Origin: Pseudolabrys sp.
GTDB taxonomy: Bacteria > Pseudomonadota > Alphaproteobacteria > Rhizobiales > Xanthobacteraceae
Reading direction: 5' to 3'
DNA: 43,114 nucleotides
Assembly (NCBI GenBank): GCA_029945495.1
Contig: JAQSCR010000221.1
Location: 1 to 43,114, forward strand
The notes under the pieces are model-generated. The model was given only the letters and a program-made list of their open reading frames with translations, did no database searches and was not told the DNA's origin. Positions 11,352-19,849 of this stretch are shown in pieces. How positions within the stretch are numbered: the stretch's first letter is position 1; each line of letters starts with the position of its first letter. The position numbers and the translations under genes are program-made.

Positions 11352-11861
11352 ATGCCGCTGCTTCGCCGCGCTTTCCTTTGCTCGGTGTTGCTTGGCCTAT
11401 GCCTGCCGGCTATCGCCCTGGCGGCCGAGCCACTGGTGCGGCTCGCCTCCGGCCCGCCGATCGTCAAATCGGATGCCGGCGCGGTAGCCGAGAAGGAATT
11501 GACCCCCGAACAGAAAATGCAAAAGCGGTTTCCGCACCCGGCGCGGGTCGGCGATCTGATCGGTTTGCCGGTGCTCGATGATGACGATTCCACCATCGGC
11601 TATGTCCGTCAGGTGGTGCGCTCGTCGGACGGAAAGATATCCCTGATCGTTCCCTACAGTGCCTGGCTCGGCTGGGCGCACACAGAATGGGGCAAGCGGC
11701 CGGTGGCCGTTCCAATTGAAACTGTCGTCATTTTGGCGCGCCAGCTGGACGCCGTTGACATGCCGCGCAGCGAGTTTGACGAGGCGCCGACCTGGACGCC
11801 GTCCGAAGGCCAGGTCGTCGGTGCGGACGAAAAGACGCTGATCGGTCTGGGGCGGCGATAG
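11352..11861 (+). CDS. Exported PRC-barrel domain protein
   Basis: Signal peptide ending ALA; RFPHPARVGDLIGLPVLDDDDSTIGYVRQVVR and RPVAVPIE; GGAGG ribosome-binding site upstream. Confidence 0.75.
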   Translation: MPLLRRAFLCSVLLGLCLPAIALAAEPLVRLASGPPIVKSDAGAVAEKELTPEQKMQKRFPHPARVGDLIGLPVLDDDDSTIGYVRQVVRSSDGKISLIVPYSAWLGWAHTEWGKRPVAVPIETVVILARQLDAVDMPRSEFDEAPTWTPSEGQVVGADEKTLIGLGRR

Positions 11862-11946
11862 CGCGGTATCAGATCTTCCTGCCGGCGGCGGAAAATGTAC
11901 GTCACGTCGCGGAACGCTCCGAACTCAACGAGGTTGACAGGTTAGG

Positions 11947-13101
11947 ATGGACGACCAGACCAAAATCAGGCGCAGTACGCGTACCCTGGTCGCTCAGGCG
12001 AGCGGATCGCATGATCCTGTGACCAAGGCCATCGTCCAGCCCATCCATATGTCCGCCACGTATCTCCGCGACGCCGATAACGGCTATCGCGCCGGCTACG
12101 TCTATGGCCGCTCCGACAATGTCTCGGTGCAACAGGCCGAAGGCCTGATCGCCGCGCTCGAAGACGCCGACGCGGCGCTGCTGTTCGGCTCCGGCATGGC
12201 GGCGGCGACCACGGTGCTGCTGGCGCTCGACAAACCGACCCACATCGTCGCGTCGCAGGTCATGTATTGGGGCTTCCGCTCATGGCTGCGCGGCATCGGC
12301 CGCTACGGCCACAGCGTCAGCTTCGTCGATACCTCGGACCTCGATGCCGTGCGCGCCGCCGTGCGGCCGGGCGAAACCGGCCTGTTCTGGATCGAAACGC
12401 CGAGCAACCCGCTCTGGACCATCACGGATATCGCTGCGGTCGCCGATATCGCCCATGCCGCCGGCGCCATCCTGTGCGTCGATTCGACTGTGGCGACGCC
12501 TATTTTTACCAAGCCGCTGTCGCTCGGCGCCGATATCGTCATGCATTCGGCCACCAAATATCTCAACGGTCATTCCGACGTGGTCGCCGGCGTTCTCGCC
12601 ACCGTGGGCGGTTGTCCGCTATGGGAGCGCATTCGCGACATGCGCGGGCAATTCGGCAGCGCGCTCAGCCCATTCGATTCGTGGCTGCTGATGCGCGGTA
12701 TGCGCACCCTCGACGTACGCGTGCGCGCCCAGGCCGCCACCGCCGCTAAGTTGGCGTCGCAACTGGTCGGTCATCCGGCGCTCGCTGCGGTGCTTTATCC
12801 CGGTCTTGAGAGCCACGTCGGCCACAAGGTGGCGCGGCGTCAGATGGTCGGCGGCTTCGGCGGCATGTTTTCGATTCGTCTCAAGAAGGGCGAGAAGGCG
12901 GCGATCGCGGTCGCGGCATGCGTCGAATTGTGGAATCGCGCCACCTCCATGGGCGGCGTCGAAAGCCTGATCGAGCATCGTTCCTCGATCGAAGGCGAGG
13001 GTTCGCCCTGTCCCGGCGATCTGCTGCGGCTTTCGGTCGGGTTGGAAGATGCCGACGAGCTGTATTACGATCTCACCCGCGCGCTGTCGGTCGCCGCCTG
13101 A
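11947..13101 (+). CDS. PLP-dependent Cys/Met metabolism enzyme (cystathionine gamma-synthase/lyase family)
   Basis: PIHMSATY, YVYGR, FGSGMAA, WIETPSNP, VDST, HSATKYLNGHSD (PLP lysine), SMGGVESLI, LLRLSVGLED. Confidence 0.92.
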   Translation: MDDQTKIRRSTRTLVAQASGSHDPVTKAIVQPIHMSATYLRDADNGYRAGYVYGRSDNVSVQQAEGLIAALEDADAALLFGSGMAAATTVLLALDKPTHIVASQVMYWGFRSWLRGIGRYGHSVSFVDTSDLDAVRAAVRPGETGLFWIETPSNPLWTITDIAAVADIAHAAGAILCVDSTVATPIFTKPLSLGADIVMHSATKYLNGHSDVVAGVLATVGGCPLWERIRDMRGQFGSALSPFDSWLLMRGMRTLDVRVRAQAATAAKLASQLVGHPALAAVLYPGLESHVGHKVARRQMVGGFGGMFSIRLKKGEKAAIAVAACVELWNRATSMGGVESLIEHRSSIEGEGSPCPGDLLRLSVGLEDADELYYDLTRALSVAA

Positions 13102-13113
13102 CGGAAAATCATC

Positions 13114-13833
13114 ATGAAACCAGTCGCCGTCGCAATCGTTTGCAAAACCCCGGCCCCGGGCAAGTCGAAGACACGGCTGTCGCCGCCGCTGCGGCCGGAG
13201 GAATGCGCCGCGATCTCGTCCTGCTTCATTCGCGATCTGTCGCAGACCATTCATGAACTGGCCGCCGATGGCGATGCCGCGGCGTGCGCGCTTTACACCC
13301 CGTTCGGGTCGGAGCCGGCGCTGCGCCGTCTGCTGCCGGACGGCTTTCATCTGACCTTGCAGGGCGACGGCGATCTCGGCGCCCGCCTTCTCAAGGGCAC
13401 GGCCGATTTCATCGACGCCGGCTATGCCGGCGCCATTCTGGTCAATTCCGATTCGCCGACGCTGCCGAAGGCGATCCTGCGCGCGGCGGTCGACGCCGTG
13501 CGCGCCGGCGACAATGTCGTTCTGAGCCCGGCGCTCGATGGCGGCTATACCTTGATCGGCCTGTCGCAGCCGCATGCCCGGCTGTTCGACGACATGCCGT
13601 GGAGCACGCCGGAGGTTTATGAACTCACCGTAAAGCGCGCGGCCGAGATCGGTCTCGCAGTCGCCAACGTGCCGAGTTGGTATGACGTCGACGACGCCGC
13701 GTCTTTCGTCATGCTGGAGGATGAGTCGAACGGCACGCGGCCTGCCTTCGCCGATCCGCGCCTCACCGGCGCGCCGGCGCCGGCCACGTTCCGGTTCTTG
13801 CGCGAACGTCGAAACGCCTTGCTGCGGGCCTGA
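13114..13833 (+). CDS. DUF2064 / TIGR04282-family transferase (CofC-like GT-A fold)
   Basis: CKTPAPGKSKTRL, QGDGDLGARL, NSDSPTLP, LSPALDGGYTLIG, LFDDMPWST, WYDVDD. Confidence 0.88.
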   Translation: MKPVAVAIVCKTPAPGKSKTRLSPPLRPEECAAISSCFIRDLSQTIHELAADGDAAACALYTPFGSEPALRRLLPDGFHLTLQGDGDLGARLLKGTADFIDAGYAGAILVNSDSPTLPKAILRAAVDAVRAGDNVVLSPALDGGYTLIGLSQPHARLFDDMPWSTPEVYELTVKRAAEIGLAVANVPSWYDVDDAASFVMLEDESNGTRPAFADPRLTGAPAPATFRFLRERRNALLRA

Positions 13834-13836
13834 GCC

Positions 13837-14589
13837 GTGCAATTTGCCTCCAGCAACCGTTTTGTCAGCGTCGTCATTCCCTGCCTTAATGAGGAAGAGC
13901 CAATCGCCGACGTCGTGCGCGAGGTGTTGGCGCAACAGGTCGACGAAGTCATCGTCGTCGATAACGGCTCGACCGACCGCACCGCCGAATTTGCTGCCAA
14001 GGCCGGAGCCCGCGTTGTTACTGAGCCGCGCCCCGGTTACGGCCGCGCCTGCGCCGCGGGCGCCAACGCGGTCGATCCGCGCAGCGAGATTATCTGCTTT
14101 CTCGACGGCGACGGCAGCGACGTGCCTGGCTTCATGGCCGATGTGGTCGAGCCGGTCGCCGCCGGCCACTCCGATTTCGTCATGGGCTCGCGCCTGCGCG
14201 GCAAACGCGAGGCCGGCAGCATGACGCCGCAGCAGCTATTGGCTGGTTGGATCGCCGGGCTTCTGCTGCGTGCGACATATGGCGTGCGCTTCACCGACAT
14301 GTCGCCGTTCCGCGCGCTGCGTGTCGAACGGCTGCGGGCGCTCGGCATGCGCGAACAGACCTATGGCTGGAATTTGGAAATGCAGATGCGCGCCGCGGCG
14401 GCGCAATATCATATTCTCGAGATCCCGGTCGATCACCGCTGCCGCCAGGGCGGCGTGTCGAAAGTATCCGGCAATCTCACAGCCGGCATGAAAGCGGCGT
14501 GGAAGATCGTCACCACCTTCCTGCGGCTTGCCGTCTCTTTGCGGCGCGAGCCGCCGCTGCAATTCCGTCTGCGCGACAATAAGGCCTGA
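13837..14589 (+). CDS. GT2 glycosyltransferase (polyprenol-phosphate glycosyltransferase-like)
   Basis: SVVIPCLNEE, IVVDNGSTD, GYGRAC, FLDGDGSD, GSR, FTDMSPFRA, YGWNLEM, SKVSG. Confidence 0.92.
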   Translation: MQFASSNRFVSVVIPCLNEEEPIADVVREVLAQQVDEVIVVDNGSTDRTAEFAAKAGARVVTEPRPGYGRACAAGANAVDPRSEIICFLDGDGSDVPGFMADVVEPVAAGHSDFVMGSRLRGKREAGSMTPQQLLAGWIAGLLLRATYGVRFTDMSPFRALRVERLRALGMREQTYGWNLEMQMRAAAAQYHILEIPVDHRCRQGGVSKVSGNLTAGMKAAWKIVTTFLRLAVSLRREPPLQFRLRDNKA

Positions 14590-14591
14590 CC

Positions 14592-15620
14592 ATGCGCGTC
14601 CTGCTTACCGGCGGCGCCGGCTTCATCGGCCGCCACGTTCTGCATGAGTTGCTGGCGCGCGGCCACGACGTGCGCGTGCTCGATTCACTGCGGCCGGACG
14701 TCCATGCCAACGGCAAAACCGCGCCGCTCGAAGGCGCCGAATTGATTGTCGGCGATGTGCGCGATGCGGCGACGATTGACGCCGCGCTAAAAAGCGTCGA
14801 AGCGGTGCTGCACCTCGCTGCCAAAGTCGGCCTAGGCGTCGCCATCTCCGACATGCCTGATTACGCCTCGTCGAACGATGTCGGCACCGCCGAACTGCTG
14901 GCCGGCATGGCGCGTGGTGGTCTGAAACGCTTGACCCTGGCGGGCTCGATGGTCGCTTATGGCGAGGGCATCGGTCGCTGCGCCGAACACGGCGCGGTGC
15001 GTCCCGGGCCGCGCATTGAGAGTGAATTGAAACAGGGCAATTTCGAGCCGCCTTGTCCGCGCTGCGGGCGGCCGCTCGACACTGCATTGGTCGATGAGGA
15101 AGTGCCGGTCGATCCGCGCAACGCCTATGCGACCAGTAAAGTGGCGCAGGAATTCTATGCCGCTAACTGGGCGCGCGTCACCGGCGGCTCTGCCGGCATC
15201 TTGCGCTATCATAACGTCTATGGCCCCGGCATGCCGCGCGACACGCCTTACGCCGGGGTTGCCGCGATCTTTACCGCCGCGCTCAAGCGCGGCGACGCGC
15301 CGAAGGTGTTCGAGGATGGCCGCATGCGCCGCGATTTCGTCCATGTGCGTGATATTGCCACCGCCACCGTCGCTGTCTGCGAGGGACATCGCGACGGGGT
15401 GCGCGCCTTCAATGTCGGCTCCGGCACGCCGCGCACGGTTGGCGATATGGCGCTGGCTCTGGCGCAGGCGCTCAATGGCCCGCTGCCGGTCGTCACGGGC
15501 GGCTATCGCCTCGGCGACGTGCGCCACATCACCGCGGATTCATCGCGCCTGCGCCGCGAATTCGGCTGGAAACCGCAGGTCGAATTTCGAGACGGCATGG
15601 CCGAACTGGCGAAACTATAG
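14592..15620 (+). CDS. NAD-dependent epimerase/dehydratase with a Cys-rich insertion
   Basis: TGGAGFIG, HLAA, YATSK catalytic motif, LRYHNVYGP, RDFVHVRD; insertion CAEH...CPRC. Confidence 0.92.
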   Translation: MRVLLTGGAGFIGRHVLHELLARGHDVRVLDSLRPDVHANGKTAPLEGAELIVGDVRDAATIDAALKSVEAVLHLAAKVGLGVAISDMPDYASSNDVGTAELLAGMARGGLKRLTLAGSMVAYGEGIGRCAEHGAVRPGPRIESELKQGNFEPPCPRCGRPLDTALVDEEVPVDPRNAYATSKVAQEFYAANWARVTGGSAGILRYHNVYGPGMPRDTPYAGVAAIFTAALKRGDAPKVFEDGRMRRDFVHVRDIATATVAVCEGHRDGVRAFNVGSGTPRTVGDMALALAQALNGPLPVVTGGYRLGDVRHITADSSRLRREFGWKPQVEFRDGMAELAKL

Positions 15621-15659
15621 ACGCTGTTGGTTTGCGATCGATCGTGAATATTCTCGGAC

Positions 15660-15859
15660 GTCTCAGAGGATATCGACGTCAGCCCGCGGAAGCGGTGCGC
15701 GCCGAGGCACTTGCGTTGGCGCCTGAGAACTTCGAGCCGAAGCGGTTCCCGGTCAGCCTTGTTTATGTCGCTCAGGGACCATTGCCGCTTAAACTGCGCG
15801 GTTTTATTGACTTTTCTGCCCCGTGCCTGAAGGCGGTGCTGGCGAGTAGCAACGGATAG
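15660..15859 (+). pseudogene. C-terminal remnant of a LysR regulator
   Basis: LALAPENFEPKRFPVSLVYVAQGPLPLKLRGFIDFSAPCLKA matches the end of LysR substrate-binding domains; no HTH. Confidence 0.6.
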
Positions 15860-15865
15860 ACAGCG

Positions 15866-16252
15866 TCACACCAAGAGCCGCCGGCTCTCCTGGGTTCGGC
15901 CATCATAGCCCCACGAATTAGCCGGTACTTCGGTGACGACGACATAAGTCGCTGGGTTGAGATCCGGTCCAAAAACGTTTTTGAGTAAGGTCATGGTGCG
16001 CTCGACGAAGAGCGCCTTTTGCTCTGGCTTGTTGGTGCCGGCCGTGACCGTCGCGTCGACATGAACCGCGACTGGGGTAGCGATGCCGCCAATCGTCCAG
16101 CGCGCGGATTCGGGCTGTTCGACCAGGACACTGGTCAATTCGGCGACCTTGCCCAACACCGATTCCATCAGACCGGTGACCTCGGTATTGAGCCGTGAAA
16201 TCTGGCCGGCCGTAAGCATCGGCCCCAAGGCAGTTATGCGGATGAAGGGCAT
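15866..16252 (-). CDS. Tautomerase-superfamily protein (double beta-alpha-beta)
   Basis: MPFIRI start exposes the catalytic Pro1; VLGKVAELTSV, GTNKPEQKA, TYVVVTEVPANSWGYDGRTQ; AAGGA ribosome-binding site. Confidence 0.88.
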   Translation of the reverse strand: MPFIRITALGPMLTAGQISRLNTEVTGLMESVLGKVAELTSVLVEQPESARWTIGGIATPVAVHVDATVTAGTNKPEQKALFVERTMTLLKNVFGPDLNPATYVVVTEVPANSWGYDGRTQESRRLLV

Positions 16253-16283
16253 TTTCTGTTCCTTATGCTCAGGGTGCCGCTCG

Positions 16284-16310
16284 AAAGCCCCCGGCAACGA
16301 GGCCGGGGGC
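16284..16310 (-). terminator. Hairpin (probable terminator or RNA-stabilising stem) after the small secreted protein gene
   Basis: Perfect 9-bp stem GCCCCCGGC (16287-16295) / GCCGGGGGC (16302-16310), followed by only TTT on the minus strand. Confidence 0.5.
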
Positions 16311-16336
16311 AATTGTCGTCATCGGCGAGGGCGAAT

Positions 16337-16609
16337 CTAGTAATGTGCACTGAGCGTGCTGCGATCGAAAACCATCATCAGCTTGCCATCGTGCATGAAG
16401 AAAACCGTACCGCGCGGAACCTTCTTGGCGCGCGCCATCATCTCTTTGGTCGGCGTCTTCAGATCGATGATCATCGGATTGCCAGCCATATCGACGACAT
16501 AGCCCTGCCCCGCCTTGATCACCCATCCGGTGGCGTCGGAAGCGTGAGCCGCTGCGCCGAGCGCCAAAGTGAGGCCCGCGGCGATCATGGTCTTTGTGAA
16601 GATCGACAT
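16337..16609 (-). CDS. Small secreted methionine-rich hypothetical protein
   Basis: 90 aa; signal peptide ending AHA; 7 Met in the mature part; AAGGA ribosome-binding site; hairpin downstream. Confidence 0.75.
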   Translation of the reverse strand: MSIFTKTMIAAGLTLALGAAAHASDATGWVIKAGQGYVVDMAGNPMIIDLKTPTKEMMARAKKVPRGTVFFMHDGKLMMVFDRSTLSAHY

Positions 16610-16712
16610 TGTCTTGTTCCTTCTGGGTTCAAATGGTTTCCGCGAAACATTTTCGCGATGTCATCGTCTGGATGACGCCGGGACCCTAGGACTGCACGCC
16701 GCATTTCGGCCA

Positions 16713-16749
16713 ATGCCGAGGTGCTATGAATATGATGCTCCGCAGCTAT
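16713..16749. promoter_or_regulatory. Tandem LysR/OxyR-type box
   Basis: ATGCcgaggtgCTAT-N7-ATGCtccgcagCTAT, two AT-N11-AT units 22 bp apart, between divergent genes. Confidence 0.55.
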
Positions 16750-16817
16750 CGGCGGTCATGTTATGAATTGTGCGCCTGCCAAAAGCGTCTCCGGTGGGTC
16801 CAGCGCGCGAGGCTACT

Positions 16818-17525
16818 GTGAGCGATCAGGGAAATTTACCGCGGACGCCGGCAGAGGTTCTTGCGCTCGCATCCAGCCTGCCGGGTGGGCTCGGCCAAAA
16901 GCTTACGGCCTATCTCGGCCATAGTAGGCGGTTGCGGCCCGAGATGGTCGCCGCGATCGATCGTCTCATTTTTCATCTCAATGCGCTCTATGGCGAGCAG
17001 ATCGGCCCGGCGGTTGGCGACGAGATGCCCGCTTTTTTACTGCCAAATCAGATGGGCGAATTGGTGTCGTTGGACGGTTTTCTGGAATCCGGTCCGCTCG
17101 TCATCAGTATAAACCGCGGGCACTGGTGCCCCTATTGCAAGTTGGATCTTCGCGCGCTGGCGGAGATCGAGCCGGAAATTCGCGGGTTCGGCGCGCAACT
17201 GGTTTCGATCATGCCGGAAAGGGCGCAATTCACGAAGCAGGCTATTGCCGACAATCGATTTCCATTTCCGATTCTGAGCGACGTCGACTTGAGCTACACA
17301 CTCTCGCTCGGCCTGATCTATTGGGTCGGCGCGGAGGTCAAGGAACTCTATAAAAGCATCGGACTCGATCTGGAAAAATTTCAAGGCAACCGCAACTATT
17401 TCCTGCCAATGGCGGCAAAATTCATTGTCGGCCGGGACGGCATCGTCAAGGCGCGGGTGGTCGATGTCGACTTTCGTCTGCGCATGGAGCCGAAAGCCAT
17501 CCTCGAGGCGCTGGCGCGGTTGTAA
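16818..17525 (+). CDS. Peroxiredoxin-like (AhpC/TSA) protein
   Basis: GPAVGDEMPAFLLPN, RGHWCPYC, FPILSD, LPMAAKFIVGRDG, RMEP; GTG start after GAGG. Confidence 0.88.
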   Translation: MSDQGNLPRTPAEVLALASSLPGGLGQKLTAYLGHSRRLRPEMVAAIDRLIFHLNALYGEQIGPAVGDEMPAFLLPNQMGELVSLDGFLESGPLVISINRGHWCPYCKLDLRALAEIEPEIRGFGAQLVSIMPERAQFTKQAIADNRFPFPILSDVDLSYTLSLGLIYWVGAEVKELYKSIGLDLEKFQGNRNYFLPMAAKFIVGRDGIVKARVVDVDFRLRMEPKAILEALARL

Positions 17526-17533
17526 CGACGCAA

Positions 17534-18445
17534 TCAGGCATTCGCGGCCGGTCTCGCGATCGGCATCAGCGTCGACCAGTCGGCGGCACGCAACAGATTC
17601 ATGAGACCCGTCGCCGCCGCCGATCGGGCTCGGCCGGCGACCGCATAAAGCGAAACCGGCCGGCGCAGCGCGATGCCGTCTATGCCGATGCCCCGGACAT
17701 TGCCGCCATTACGGGCAGTCTCGGGCATAATGGCGGCGCCAACATTCGCCTCAAGCACGCTGAGCATGTCCTGATCCGACAAGATATGATCGCCGGCGTT
17801 CTGTTCGATGCCGGCCGCGCTTAGTAAGCTGCCGAGATCGTCAGCTTGCTCGCAATAGGACCTAGATATCAGCCGCAGGCCGCCGATATCAGCCAATCCG
17901 ACGCGATTGCGCATCGCCAGCGGATGCGACTTGTGGACCACAAGTTCGTAGCCTTCTTCGAACAGCCGCCAGGTATCGAGGCGTTCCCATGCCTCACCGA
18001 GCGGCCCGGCGACGGCTAATTCGGAATCGCCATTCTTCAGGCGTTCGGCGATGTTAGCGCCATTGCCGCGAAAGAATTGCAGCTCGATCCCGGGGAAAGC
18101 CTTGGCCAATTCGGTCAGCACGGGGACGAGCAACGCGAGGTTGACGGTATGCGACAGCGCCAGTCGCAGCGGCGCTGTCGTGCCCTTCTTGTAGGACGAT
18201 GCCAATGTCTTGGCCGCGACGGCACTGTCATAGCATTGCGTCAGCAGCGGCAACATCAGGCGCCCAAGGTCGGTCAGATGGCTGAGAGCCCGCTCCCGCC
18301 GGAATAGTTCGCCGCCGAGCTCGTCTTCGAGGTTTTTGATCGCGCGGCTTAAGGCCGGTTGGGTGACGTTGCAGTCGTTGGCAGCCTGGGTGAAATTGAG
18401 TTGCTTCGCCACCGCGATGAAATAGCGAATTTGCTGCATTTCCAT
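17534..18445 (-). CDS. LysR-family regulator, OxyR-like
   Basis: MEMQQIRYFIAVAKQLNFTQAANDCNVTQPALSRAI HTH; Cys25 and Cys198 (RSYCE) at positions matching OxyR Cys25 and Cys199. Confidence 0.9.
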   Translation of the reverse strand: MEMQQIRYFIAVAKQLNFTQAANDCNVTQPALSRAIKNLEDELGGELFRRERALSHLTDLGRLMLPLLTQCYDSAVAAKTLASSYKKGTTAPLRLALSHTVNLALLVPVLTELAKAFPGIELQFFRGNGANIAERLKNGDSELAVAGPLGEAWERLDTWRLFEEGYELVVHKSHPLAMRNRVGLADIGGLRLISRSYCEQADDLGSLLSAAGIEQNAGDHILSDQDMLSVLEANVGAAIMPETARNGGNVRGIGIDGIALRRPVSLYAVAGRARSAAATGLMNLLRAADWSTLMPIARPAANA

Positions 18446-18515
18446 CGATCAGTTCCCGGCTTGGCCCGAATAGCGGGATTGTGCACAGCCTGGGCCCCGG
18501 CGCAATCAACCGGCG

Positions 18516-18552
18516 ATGCATAGGGCTTATGGACTTGATGCCTACACAGCAT
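18516..18552. promoter_or_regulatory. Tandem LysR/OxyR-type box
   Basis: ATGCatagggctTAT-N7-ATGCctacacaGCAT, same 22-bp spacing as 16713-16749, upstream of the LysR gene. Confidence 0.55.
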
Positions 18553-18665
18553 TGGTTTTGCGGGCGCTCGGGGCGTTTTTATAGGGGGATCGCGCGATCT
18601 TGCCACGGAGGGCTGGAAGCCCCCCGAAGGCTGGATCGGCTCAAGCGGATAACAATGGTGTATCC

Positions 18666-19379
18666 ATGCCCCAGCCAATTCTTGCCTCGGTCAACTCCGC
18701 CCCGGATCGCCCTCTTTCCGCTCAATGGGTGCACGATATCCGAAATGCTCTTGCCGTTACGGGGCTGCATCTTGAAGCTCTTGAGCGCCTATCGGGTCCG
18801 AAAGGCCAAAAGGCCGCCAGTGCCGCCCATGCCGTGATGACCCGGGTTGCCGGCATGTGTAGCGCCTCTTTGGCCGAGGCCACGCGAATGGACCATGTGG
18901 CGCCGCGTCGGGGCTTCGATCTCATGCAGACGATCAATGAGATCGTCACAATCCTGGCGCCGATTGTGCCCGAGGGATTTGAAATACGCATCCCGCAGGA
19001 CGGCAGTTGCATGGTGCTGGCCAACCCGGGCGACATTTACCGTATCATGTTCAACTTGGTGCAGAACGCCATCGCGGTGGCGCGCAGCGGTGCCCGCATG
19101 AGCCATGTCGGCATCGGCTTGGCGCGAAATGGATCGACGGTTGCCATAAGGATATTCGACGACGGCCCCGGCCTCCCGGAAGCGATCCGCTCGAATATCT
19201 TCCGGCTTCATAACGCGTCCACTGCCGGCGGCAGCGGCCTGGGCATCGCGATTGCGCGCGAACTTGCAGAGCGCAACGGCGGCACATTGCGGCTCTCCGC
19301 CGCTGCGAAAGGTGCTAGCTACATTCTAGAGCTGGCCCATTTACGTGTCGTCGCCCGCGAAGGAAGTCGCGGATCATGA
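18666..19379 (+). CDS. Cytoplasmic histidine kinase lacking a sensor domain
   Basis: H-box VHDIRNAL, N-box FNLVQNA, G1 DDGPGLP, G2 GSGLGIAIAREL; about 20 aa precede the H-box. Confidence 0.85.
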   Translation: MPQPILASVNSAPDRPLSAQWVHDIRNALAVTGLHLEALERLSGPKGQKAASAAHAVMTRVAGMCSASLAEATRMDHVAPRRGFDLMQTINEIVTILAPIVPEGFEIRIPQDGSCMVLANPGDIYRIMFNLVQNAIAVARSGARMSHVGIGLARNGSTVAIRIFDDGPGLPEAIRSNIFRLHNASTAGGSGLGIAIARELAERNGGTLRLSAAAKGASYILELAHLRVVAREGSRGS

Positions 19380-19479
19380 CCTCGCAACACGCATGCGGAG
19401 GATCATCCGCAACTCACACGGCTCGTGTGTATCCTTACGAAAAACATTCCGCCATGGTCCCGACAGCGGCGCCCTATCG

Positions 19480-19737
19480 GAACTGACATCAAGCTTATCG
19501 GATGCGGTGCGCGAGCAACCGGACTTCAAGCCGGATGTGGAGGACATGCCAGTGATGAACGTGCTTCACCGCGACGGTGGGGCGATCCGTCATCTCTGGA
19601 GTTCGGAAATCCTTTACGTGCCGGCCGAGCCCGGCCAAGAATACCGCCACAACGACGCCAACGATACGCTCTGGAATATGATCGACCTCACTCCCGAGGG
19701 GCGCGGAGACTTTCACCCAAAGCTAACCTACGTCTAG
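19480..19737 (+). pseudogene. C-terminal fragment of a DUF899 (thioredoxin-like) protein
   Basis: MPVMNVLHRDGGAIRHLWSSEILY...RHND...LWNMIDLTPEGRGDFHPKLTY; N-terminal half missing. Confidence 0.7.
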
Positions 19738-19764
19738 CCGGAACTGTGAAAGCAATTGCGTGTG

Positions 19765-19822
19765 CGTAATTTCCGCATATGCACTTAGCGGACAATCGCG
19801 GCACTGCGATAATTTGGCGGCT
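19765..19822. repeat. Left half of the dispersed hairpin repeat interrupted by the IS110 element
   Basis: gcacttagcggacaatcgcggcactgcgataatttggcggCT joins to atcggagtaaagctgacat (21264 onward); the joined sequence resembles the uninterrupted copy at about 21987-22016. Confidence 0.65.
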
Positions 19823-19849
19823 TCTCTAATCGGCCGGTTGGGGTCAAGC

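Noticed and set aside
11947-13101. Assigning metB, metC or mdeA to the PLP enzyme
   Set aside because: Family motifs do not separate these activities, and the context is not methionine biosynthesis
12619-14169. 516-aa minus-strand ORF
   Set aside because: Antisense shadow of three well-supported genes; no motifs; long shadow ORFs are common in GC-rich DNA
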